Source of the DNA: a virus
Lineage: Duplodnaviria > Heunggongvirae > Uroviricota > Caudoviricetes
DNA: 5,534 bases
Virus record (IMG/VR): IMGVR_UViG_2690316273_000004
Location: 1-5,534 of that record
Strand: one strand, 5' to 3'
This document shows, piece by piece, positions 1-5,534 of the stretch (its first letter is position 1; every line of letters starts with the position of its first letter). The position numbers and the translations under genes are program-made. The notes beneath the pieces were generated by a model. It was not told the origin of the DNA, made no database searches, and saw only the letters and a program-made list of their open reading frames with translations.

Positions 1-26
1 ATGACAAGATGTGTATCTACCTTAAC

Positions 27-728
27 TTAATGATTTTGATAAAAATCATTAGGGGATTCATCAGTGTTTAGCATGCTCGCGATACGGTATTCAGGCGGAG
101 TACCTTCATCATCGTCTTTTTGCTGATCGCGCATTTCCTGCACCAGGCGAATACACGTATCCCTGGCGTTCTCCAGCATAAGGAGATGAGAAAGAGACTT
201 TTCAAGAAGAGTGGTTTCCAGAACATCGGCCCCGGACCGACGCAACATAGCGCGCGCGGCCTTCCGCGCTTCAACGTTATCTATCAGGTAATCGCCAGCT
301 TCGAATTCAAAGCGTTCACCATCATCATCCAGGGTGTCGCGTTCCAGGCGATCACGTAAGGTCCGGTGGGCGCGGGTGATCACGTCATGATCATCTGAAC
401 GATCATTTATGCGCTTATTTTGGCGCTTCGCATTCTCGACTGCGGCACTGACAACGGCATTAACTCTCTGTTTTTCCGCTATTTCAGCCGCAATATGATC
501 ACCTGCATGTTGATCATTAGAGTGATCAATGATCATGCTTTTTAGTGGCTTCCTGACTGGCTTATTTGGCTTGCGGCTGTCCGCAGTCCTAGTGTCTTCT
601 TTGAAGGCACGGAGATAACGACGTGCGGTATTAGGGTTAAGATTAAACTCGGCGGCATACTGTGCGATGGTGTAACCACCATCTCGCGCCAGGCGAGCAA
701 AATTCTTCTTGTGATCGTCCCAGGTCAC
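27..728 (-). CDS. Phage-associated DNA-binding protein with N-terminal helix-turn-helix (233 aa); function unresolved, possibly a regulator or small-terminase-like protein
   Basis: Long minus-strand ORF from the track. GTG start at 728 preceded by AAAGGAAG about 5 nt upstream (seen in sequence). N-terminus [22 protein letters not shown] has an HTH-like pattern, followed by a charged, acidic and Arg-rich region. Product is a guess. Confidence 0.55.
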   Translation of the reverse strand: MTWDDHKKNFARLARDGGYTIAQYAAEFNLNPNTARRYLRAFKEDTRTADSRKPNKPVRKPLKSMIIDHSNDQHAGDHIAAEIAEKQRVNAVVSAAVENAKRQNKRINDRSDDHDVITRAHRTLRDRLERDTLDDDGERFEFEAGDYLIDNVEARKAARAMLRRSGADVLETTLLEKSLSHLLMLENARDTCIRLVQEMRDQQKDDDEGTPPEYRIASMLNTDESPNDFYQNH

Positions 729-785
729 TTATGCTTCCTTTCGTAAAAACTCTTTTTGACGCGAGGGTAACGAAAGTCACATGTC

Positions 786-803
786 AAAAGGCCCGGAACG
801 GGC
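786..803 (-). terminator. Candidate weak intrinsic terminator: 5-bp GC stem (GCCCG/CGGGC, loop of 3) followed on the minus transcript by CUUUUG
   Basis: Hairpin gcccggaacgggc at 791-803 lies 11 nt beyond the stop of the 814-1266 gene. Stem is short and the U-run is only 4 nt. Confidence 0.2.
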
Positions 804-813
804 AAGCAATCAA

Positions 814-1266
814 TCAGATACGTGCGGATGTGGCATTACCGTAATGACGGTGCTGACGGGCCACCTTATTGAAAAGTTGACGCGCCATTACCCAAGGCTG
901 GTGCTCCCGGCGTTCCTTTTCGTCCTGCGTCATATAGAGTTCGTTCTGGAGTTTTTCATCAAACCGGCGCGGCGCGCGGCTGCGGCGAAAGAATTCAGGA
1001 TTCAAAGAGTGGATCTGAAATCTACGTGGGCGTGTACTGTCATCAATCAAAACAGACGAATACTTAGACACAGCGATAGCCTTTAAGCGCAGATAAACGT
1101 CGCGCTTATCGACATCCAGATGCGGGTATTCCTTTTCAAGGATTGCTGCGAGTTCTTTCGCTGATAGAAGAGACTTAGTGCGGATCATGTAATCCGCAAT
1201 CTCATACGATGTTATTCGTGAGTGATTTATTTCCATGAAGTGGCGTCCCTGCCAGTTAAGTAACAT
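814..1266 (-). CDS. Hypothetical phage protein (150 aa), Arg-rich, no Cys
   Basis: Minus-strand ORF from the track. ATG at 1266 preceded by AGGTGA 4 nt upstream. An internal ATG 10 codons in (MEINHS) is an alternative start. No recognisable motif. Confidence 0.5.
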   Translation of the reverse strand: MLLNWQGRHFMEINHSRITSYEIADYMIRTKSLLSAKELAAILEKEYPHLDVDKRDVYLRLKAIAVSKYSSVLIDDSTRPRRFQIHSLNPEFFRRSRAPRRFDEKLQNELYMTQDEKERREHQPWVMARQLFNKVARQHRHYGNATSARI

Positions 1267-1311
1267 CCTGTCACCTACTGATTAGCCCATGTCAACTAAT
1301 CAACGTGGAAT

Positions 1312-1339
1312 ATAATACCCTCTATTAAAGAAATAGCAA
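1312..1339 (-). promoter_or_regulatory. Candidate sigma70 promoter for the 814-1266 gene: -35 TTGCTA (1334-1339), 16-bp spacer, -10 TATTAT (1312-1317), read on the minus strand
   Basis: Hexamers read directly from the reverse complement of the 1267-1354 intergenic region. Purely a sequence-pattern call. Confidence 0.2.
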
Positions 1340-1354
1340 TACATTAGAGCAATT

Positions 1355-2398
1355 TTATCTAACGCTCGACGAGTGACTTGTGATAGCGCCGACTCCAAGC
1401 GCGTAATCAAAGAACAATCGTTGATGCATCGCCAGCCTACCGTGCGTCTTCTCCCAATTATCGCGGTCACGCTCAATATCACGCTGGCATGACTGGCACA
1501 GAGGAATTGCGTAAATGTCATGCGCGCATAATCGACTATGACGAACGATATAAGGCGTAATGTGAGCGCCAGCTCCCGCCGCTCCACACCCACAGCATGG
1601 ACGGGAAGCAACAAAGTCCATGTACTCAGGTAATTTTAGCGATTGCAGTTTTGGTATTTTGAAATGCGCCATGCCAGGGTCGGAGTCAACATCCACAGAG
1701 CATACTTTTGCACGCATCGGCGCGGCGCGTTCTTCCATCATCTGAACATATGCTGTAGCGCGATCGTCATACGGGCGAATATCCGCCTCTTTCAGAGGTC
1801 CGCTATCCTGCGTTGCGGCTTTCATCTTATTTATTGATATACGGCAAACTTCTTCCGGCATCAGGTGCATCATGTTGCGCATGAAAGCCCACCAGCACAG
1901 TTCCTGAATACTTAAATCATGGCCATCTGAAAGCCCCATTTCCTGACGGGCGACATCCAGTATCCAGTTAACGCGATTATTATGCAGCGTTTCTTTCAGC
2001 TCATTAAAACCACGCATCCGGTAATGGTTATCGTGATGCCAGCACAACAACACCGCGCTATTGTCTCGTTCTGCGTGGACAATATGGTTGTCACACCAGC
2101 TACGATCTGCGGCCTGGCATTGCCCCTCTTTCCTGCGCAACCACGCCACCAGCGAGTCAATTCCACCAATACGGCGAAACAGTTCATCGCTGTTAAAAAA
2201 CGGCTGCAACGCCTCATTTGTTGCCATAGTTTGCTCGGAAACAACGAGGCCGTCGTCCATGTGCTCGATTAACTCACGCGGCACCGGCTCCATAATAAAT
2301 TTACGGCCAGCCTCCACCAGCTTTCTGACTTCCTGATCCACTTTGAATGTGGCGACGCCAAGCTCTTTTTGTACAAAGGGAGTAATTACGGCTTTCAC
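1355..2398 (-). CDS. DUF968/YdfU-like prophage protein (347 aa) with two Cys/His clusters, putative zinc-binding HNH-like domains
   Basis: Minus-strand ORF from the track. GTG start at 2398 with GAAAGG Shine-Dalgarno. Cys/His clusters [17 protein letters not shown]...LCWHHDNH and CCGCG...H...LCAHD...CQSC. Size and motif pattern match my recollection of E. coli Qin-prophage YdfU (DUF968); not verified by search. Confidence 0.6.
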   Translation of the reverse strand: MKAVITPFVQKELGVATFKVDQEVRKLVEAGRKFIMEPVPRELIEHMDDGLVVSEQTMATNEALQPFFNSDELFRRIGGIDSLVAWLRRKEGQCQAADRSWCDNHIVHAERDNSAVLLCWHHDNHYRMRGFNELKETLHNNRVNWILDVARQEMGLSDGHDLSIQELCWWAFMRNMMHLMPEEVCRISINKMKAATQDSGPLKEADIRPYDDRATAYVQMMEERAAPMRAKVCSVDVDSDPGMAHFKIPKLQSLKLPEYMDFVASRPCCGCGAAGAGAHITPYIVRHSRLCAHDIYAIPLCQSCQRDIERDRDNWEKTHGRLAMHQRLFFDYALGVGAITSHSSSVR

Positions 2399-2425
2399 AT
2401 CACACCTTTCATCACTGATTGGGCT

Positions 2426-2626
2426 TTATCTGCTGCCCGGCATTCTCTGTTTAAGCACAACCATTTCCTGACGGCATAACACAGCAATAGCGGTCCTGGC
2501 ACCAATTTGCTTACCAACCAGGTATTGCTTTACCTCGCGGCGACTCACGCCATCAAGAAGCATCTTTAACGCTTCACGGGACAATTTGTTGTATTTACAT
2601 GCCATTAATCTACTCCGCGGAACCAT
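2426..2626 (-). CDS. Small hypothetical protein (66 aa from ATG 2626, or 59 aa from ATG 2605), translationally coupled to the doc 3' end
   Basis: Minus-strand ORF from the track. Its start overlaps the doc stop (2610-2612) by 17 nt, or lies 4 nt downstream of it if ATG 2605 is used. Its stop (2426-2428) is in frame with and 27 nt upstream of the DUF968 start. Basic, possibly DNA-binding; no family recognised. Confidence 0.4.
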   Translation of the reverse strand: MVPRSRLMACKYNKLSREALKMLLDGVSRREVKQYLVGKQIGARTAIAVLCRQEMVVLKQRMPGSR

Positions 2627-2990
2627 ACAATCTACGTAACGTGTCGGCGACAGAAGATACAGATATCTCTCCGGTCGCAGCCCCTACGGTAAGGTCTGCC
2701 AGTTCAGGTGAATCAAATACCTGCACCCCGTTACGGCGTAGAAATAACAGCGCACTGTTTAGCGCGGTACGCTTATTGGCATCATTGAATATATGCCCTC
2801 TCGCTGTAGCCACCAGGTAGGTGGCGGAGACTTCGAAAAGGTCGGTGATCTCTTCGTAGGCAACTCTGGCCTGAACTCTCCCGATAATGGCCTCTGCCCT
2901 ACCCGGATCTGACATTCCCGGCAGGCCGCCGTAGCGGTTTATATTCGCATCATGAAGCGCAATAAGTTCTTCCGGTGATATATGCCTCAT
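2610..2990 (-). CDS. doc: Doc toxin (death on curing), Fic/Doc-family kinase, 126 aa
   Basis: Translation [16 protein letters not shown]...[30 protein letters not shown]...LRRLYGSAE matches phage P1 Doc as I recall it. Fic motif HIFNDANKR is intact at 2769-2795. ATG at 2988-2990 overlaps the phd stop by 1 nt. Confidence 0.93.
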   Translation of the reverse strand: MRHISPEELIALHDANINRYGGLPGMSDPGRAEAIIGRVQARVAYEEITDLFEVSATYLVATARGHIFNDANKRTALNSALLFLRRNGVQVFDSPELADLTVGAATGEISVSSVADTLRRLYGSAE

Positions 2991-3211
2991 TATCGGTTAA
3001 CCAGTTCCTTGTTGGTGGAGTCCAGGGTGTCAAACAGGGATGCAAATTCAGCATCCAGCGCCGCTTTTTTGTAGGCTTCGAAAGTAGCCTTGCTGACAAT
3101 TACTGCTGGCTCACGGCCTCTGCGGGTGATTTCAACCTCTTCCCCGGCTTCAACATTGTTGAGCACTTCAGAAAGGTTGCCACGCGCGGTACGGAAGTTA
3201 ATGGATTGCAT
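2990..3211 (-). CDS. phd: Phd antitoxin (prevent host death), 73 aa
   Basis: Translation from ATG 3211, [73 protein letters not shown], matches P1 Phd as I recall it. The track ORF begins 2 codons earlier at a GTG (3217); ATG 3211 with GAGGTG upstream is preferred. Confidence 0.93.
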   Translation of the reverse strand: MQSINFRTARGNLSEVLNNVEAGEEVEITRRGREPAVIVSKATFEAYKKAALDAEFASLFDTLDSTNKELVNR

Positions 3212-3250
3212 AAACACCTCGTGTACTCGTTATGTGTACACAATTATAAA
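3212..3250 (-). promoter_or_regulatory. phd-doc promoter/operator: -10 TATAAT (3243-3248, minus strand) followed by perfect 10-bp palindrome TGTGTACACA (3233-3242), a second GTGTAC half-site (3221-3226) and GAGGTG Shine-Dalgarno
   Basis: Palindromes and -10 read directly from the sequence. Two palindromic Phd/Doc-binding operator sites overlapping the promoter is the known architecture of P1 phd-doc autoregulation. No good -35 was found. Confidence 0.5.
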
Positions 3251-3321
3251 CTTCACAAGCATAAAGCACCAGCACTTTGCAGCTTAAATCACCGGACAAT
3301 CGTCAAACTCCCCACTTCGGG

Positions 3322-3340
3322 CATCATTGATGAAATGATG
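3322..3340. repeat. Perfect 7-bp inverted repeat catcatt-gatga-aatgatg
   Basis: Seen directly. Lies 16 nt beyond the stop of the 3356-3820 gene and about 75 nt upstream of the phd -10. AT-rich stem and no U-run, so not a canonical terminator; possible protein-binding site. Confidence 0.4.
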
Positions 3341-3355
3341 TGGTCACACCAAACT

Positions 3356-3820
3356 TTAATCTTCAAGGTCTGCTTCTGATACCACTGTATAACCCAGAAA
3401 TATTTTAATCTCATCCCACAATCCCATGATCTTGCCTTCATACTCTGATGGTTCTCTTACAATTACTGAATCTGGGGGAGAGTGAGCCTCTAATTCGGTT
3501 ATGATCTCATGGCAAAGATTATGTTTGTAATATTGTTTTAGTTGCTCTCGAATAGGTTTTGGCGCACTTTCAATAGTTTCTTTTGCGGCATTTAGTGAAA
3601 GAATTATATTACTTGCGTCATTAACATCCCAGTCTGATCCAGCTTTTCCTGTTGCTATTTTATTTGCCCTATCAGCAAAGTTTATCAATGCTTCACTATA
3701 AAATTTTTCCTTATCGAATAATCCAAGCTTTTTACTTGTGCGCAAACTAATAAAAGCAGCTATTGCTGACCCAAATGCCGCAATAGCTGATGCCCAATCG
3801 GGATTGATATGAAGAAACAT
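3356..3820 (-). CDS. Hypothetical membrane-anchored protein (154 aa), AT-rich gene
   Basis: Minus-strand ORF from the track. N-terminal hydrophobic segment WASAIAAFGSAIAAFISL followed by a basic stretch, consistent with a signal-anchor, then a hydrophilic domain. Clearly AT-rich, so likely horizontally acquired. Confidence 0.55.
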   Translation of the reverse strand: MFLHINPDWASAIAAFGSAIAAFISLRTSKKLGLFDKEKFYSEALINFADRANKIATGKAGSDWDVNDASNIILSLNAAKETIESAPKPIREQLKQYYKHNLCHEIITELEAHSPPDSVIVREPSEYEGKIMGLWDEIKIFLGYTVVSEADLED

Positions 3821-3858
3821 GCTATCTCTACCTAATGCCAGATCTTTAACCTAGAAAT

Positions 3859-3886
3859 ATTGTATCAGTAGTTATGGCTTTGCCAC
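3859..3886 (-). promoter_or_regulatory. Candidate promoter for the 3356-3820 gene: -35 GTGGCA (3881-3886), 16-bp spacer, -10 TACAAT (3859-3864), read on the minus strand
   Basis: Hexamers read from the reverse complement of the 84-nt intergenic region 3821-3904. The -35 is weak. Confidence 0.2.
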
Positions 3887-3904
3887 CAGTAATGCGATTT
3901 TTTC

Positions 3905-4564
3905 CTAGTTGTCATTGCCCCCTACCAACGACAATAAAGCCCTGGCCATCTTATGAACCAACAGTGCATCAATAATGCCAAGCGTATGCCCCGGCTTAAT
4001 GTTTAATGCTGCCTCAAGATGCCCCCTTTCCAGACCGCTTTTCTCGGCTTGTTTATGATGATATGGCGTAATAACGTCGCCCAAAACACGGCTAATTCTT
4101 TCTCGTAATTGCTGGGTGCCAGCACACTTGATCGCTGTATCGTGGAGACGGTTAACCAGTTCGCGATAAACATGCGGCTTAATGCGGATACGTTCACCGG
4201 TGACGCCCTTTCCTGGCGCTGGCACCGAACTATCCGGAATATCCGGATAGTTGCCAGCCTCGTAAGCTACCCGCAGCCAGTGCATGAATGTTTCAGTGGA
4301 CACACAACCACAGTCCACATCGATTTTTCCGCGTTGCTGTTCCAGCCACTGCTCAAAATTCAATCTACACGTATTACTTTCATGTTGCTCTTTTTGTCTC
4401 AAGGCCAGCACCTGTTGGGCCAGTTCCAGAACGATACCGGGTGACGCTAACCTCTCAAATTCCAATAAATAGTTTGCGTCAGGATGACAAGTAGCCTCGC
4501 CTGCAAAAAATACCAATTGCTGTAAGTATGCTGTCGTTAGAGTAGTCATTTCTTTTTGCGCCAT
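3905..4564 (-). CDS. Hypothetical soluble protein (219 aa) containing several Cys/His residues, unknown function
   Basis: Minus-strand ORF from the track, about 50% GC. ATG 4564 lies inside the 3' end of the upstream membrane-protein gene (19-nt overlap). Contains CHPD, TCRLN and DCGC. No Walker A or other catalytic motif recognised. Confidence 0.6.
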   Translation of the reverse strand: MAQKEMTTLTTAYLQQLVFFAGEATCHPDANYLLEFERLASPGIVLELAQQVLALRQKEQHESNTCRLNFEQWLEQQRGKIDVDCGCVSTETFMHWLRVAYEAGNYPDIPDSSVPAPGKGVTGERIRIKPHVYRELVNRLHDTAIKCAGTQQLRERISRVLGDVITPYHHKQAEKSGLERGHLEAALNIKPGHTLGIIDALLVHKMARALLSLVGGNDN

Positions 4565-4920
4565 TTCTTTTCACATTCCTTAGTCCATTTTTCAATGTTC
4601 ATTTTGGCAATATCAGTCATTCCATCACCTAAGAAATACTTTTTCCGGTATGTCTTGCACTTAAACCACACTACAACAGCCACCAGCCAGAAAATAAAAG
4701 GCCATACAGCAATACCAACGACAGCCGCGATAAAGCCCAATAGCCATAAATGAAGCTCTCCAACTTCTGTTTCCGGCAATATTCTTAAAGAATTAAACAG
4801 CAGGCTGAACGAATGGTCGTATGCATTGGCAGTATAAGACATGCAATCCATATAATTAAAGTCATAGCCTGCGGCTGCCGCCCATAATGGGCGGTCAAGA
4901 AAATGTTTTAGTGTCATCAT
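4546..4920 (-). CDS. Hypothetical membrane protein (124 aa): N-terminal soluble region, about 30-residue hydrophobic core, polybasic C-terminal tail
   Basis: Minus-strand ORF from the track. Hydrophobic core LHLWLLGFIAAVVGIAVWPFIFWLVAVVVWF (one long helix or a hairpin). C-terminus ends KKWRKKK. Start is 6 nt after the upstream gene stop; no strong Shine-Dalgarno, so probably coupled. Confidence 0.55.
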   Translation of the reverse strand: MMTLKHFLDRPLWAAAAGYDFNYMDCMSYTANAYDHSFSLLFNSLRILPETEVGELHLWLLGFIAAVVGIAVWPFIFWLVAVVVWFKCKTYRKKYFLGDGMTDIAKMNIEKWTKECEKKWRKKK

Positions 4921-4926
4921 ATAAAT

Positions 4927-5220
4927 TTAAGGTTCAGACCAGTTATCTTCAATAGCAATGCTTAATCTTTGTAGCCATTCTGCTAATTTCAGCATTGCTT
5001 CTCTTTCGCTTAAACCACGAGGAAAATCATCAAGCGAAATTGTTGGCTTGAATCCACCGTAATTATCCATTTCAACTGTCAGATTTTGTTCCAGCAAGGT
5101 ATTTCTTACGCGGCTATTGTGCCGGAGCAAATATACTGAGCGTGATTTATTGGTTTTGTGGTCTAGCTTATATTCGGTAAGTATCATCTGGCTTTTGCCA
5201 TGACTATTACCTCTCCACAT
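4927..5220 (-). CDS. Hypothetical small soluble protein (97 aa), AT-rich gene
   Basis: The track ORF runs 4927-5316 from a TTG. I prefer ATG 5220 (MWRGNSHGKSQMILTEYK...) because it is preceded by GAGGT at 5-nt spacing and the N-terminal extension overlaps a better small ORF in another frame. Confidence 0.5.
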   Translation of the reverse strand: MWRGNSHGKSQMILTEYKLDHKTNKSRSVYLLRHNSRVRNTLLEQNLTVEMDNYGGFKPTISLDDFPRGLSEREAMLKLAEWLQRLSIAIEDNWSEP

Positions 5221-5227
5221 ACTTACC

Positions 5228-5350
5228 TCACTTAATAAAACAACTCCATGCGTAGTTGATGATTTTTTCCCACGCAATATAAATCTGCACTCCGGCAGTA
5301 AAACCAAAGCCAACAATTGCTGAAAAAATCAAAACATTTACTTTTGACAT
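5228..5350 (-). CDS. Candidate small hydrophobic peptide (40 aa, single predicted transmembrane helix); not in the ORF track
   Basis: Hand-translated from the reverse complement: MSKVNVLIFSAIVGFGFTAGVQIYIAWEKIINYAWSCFIK. ATG at 5348-5350, TGA at 5228-5230. Its stop overlaps the GAGGT Shine-Dalgarno of the next gene. Short ORFs are error-prone calls. Confidence 0.3.
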   Translation of the reverse strand: MSKVNVLIFSAIVGFGFTAGVQIYIAWEKIINYAWSCFIK

Positions 5351-5534
5351 TATAAATTTTCTCTCGGTGTCGTAGGTGATAGCACCATAATTGATAATTT
5401 AGTGAGTTAGCAGTTCCATTTTTTTGATGATTTCCGCATGAGCATCATCGTTATCAACACTTAGCTCTGAGAGATCCCCTCATAATTTCCCCAAAACGTA
5501 ACCATGTGTGAATAGATTTTGAGTAAGCAGGGTT

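Noticed and set aside
68-274. Minus-strand 68-aa, 82-aa and 64-aa ORFs (68-274, 1996-2244, 4003-4197) nested inside larger minus-strand genes
   Set aside because: Alternative frames within the 233-aa, DUF968-like and 219-aa genes, with Cys/Arg/Trp-rich translations typical of non-coding frames.
120-359. Plus-strand ORFs antisense to the minus-strand genes (120-359, 662-844, 781-1086, 1643-1837, 1982-2272, 2061-2336, 2599-2820, 2975-3379, 3090-3287, 4109-4444, 4284-4472, 4288-4494, 4556-4753)
   Set aside because: Each lies entirely within or opposite a longer, better-supported minus-strand gene (for example 2975-3379 is antisense to phd and the 154-aa gene). They lack convincing ribosome-binding sites and their translations are low-complexity or Cys/Arg-rich in the way typical of antisense frames.
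814-1266. Assigning the 150-aa protein as the Q antiterminator expected after a YdfU-like gene
   Set aside because: No Cys or zinc-finger motif as in lambda Q and no sequence feature I can tie to any Q family; position alone is insufficient.
782-1297. Recurring TTGACATG motif on the minus strand upstream of two genes (782-789 and 1290-1297)
   Set aside because: It matches the -35 consensus but neither copy has a -10 hexamer at 16-18 bp spacing. An 8-mer occurring twice in 5.5 kb is compatible with chance.
1300-1614. Minus-strand 104-aa ORF overlapping the 3' end of the DUF968-like gene in another frame
   Set aside because: Out-of-frame overlap with the much longer 347-aa gene and extension into the promoter region of the next gene; most likely a spurious frame.
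3356-4920. Reading the membrane protein, 219-aa protein and membrane-anchored protein as a lysis cassette (holin, endolysin, Rz-like spanin)
   Set aside because: The 124-aa membrane protein has a holin-like basic tail, but the 219-aa protein has no recognisable lysozyme, transglycosylase or peptidase motif or SAR signal, and the 154-aa protein lacks the Rz coiled-coil character and an embedded Rz1 lipoprotein frame. The position upstream of a nin-like region is also wrong for a late lysis cassette.
4927-5316. Longer 129-aa version of the 97-aa gene starting at TTG 5316
   Set aside because: TTG start without a good Shine-Dalgarno, whereas ATG 5220 has GAGGT at ideal spacing. The extension overlaps the candidate 40-aa peptide ORF, which has a clean transmembrane helix. 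Kept as an alternative, not ruled out.
5426-5449. 6-bp inverted repeat gatgat-12 nt-atcatc beside a T7 run in the region upstream of the cluster
   Set aside because: The T-run precedes rather than follows the hairpin on the plus strand and becomes an A-run on the minus transcript, so it is not a terminator in either orientation. Stem is short and AT-rich.
1-5534. Search for tRNA, rRNA, CRISPR repeats, IS elements, integrase or attachment-site direct repeats
   Set aside because: No tandem repeat array, no tRNA-like structured GC-rich segment, no transposase or integrase-like ORF and no long direct repeats were seen. The window appears to lie internal to a prophage rather than at its boundary.

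Overview
All convincing genes in this 5.5 kb window are on the minus strand, and the content looks like an enterobacterial prophage accessory (moron/nin-like) region. The most secure call is an intact phd-doc toxin-antitoxin pair (2610-3211), which I recognise from memory as very close to the phage P1 addiction module; it has a complete Fic motif and a palindromic operator beside a TATAAT -10. Downstream of doc in the direction of transcription are a small ORF overlapping the doc 3' end, a 347-aa Cys/His-rich protein that I tentatively place in the DUF968/YdfU family, a 150-aa hypothetical protein and a 233-aa HTH protein. Upstream of phd is a compositionally distinct, largely AT-rich block (3356-5350) encoding five uncharacterised proteins, three of them membrane proteins: a 154-aa membrane-anchored singleton and a tightly packed four-gene cluster (40-aa peptide, 97-aa soluble protein, 124-aa membrane protein with a polybasic tail, 219-aa soluble protein). 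I recognise none of these five from sequence, so this block is the best candidate for an undescribed phage-exclusion or toxin-like system. No rRNA, tRNA, CRISPR array or transposase was seen. All family assignments rest on reading the translations and recollection; no database search was possible.
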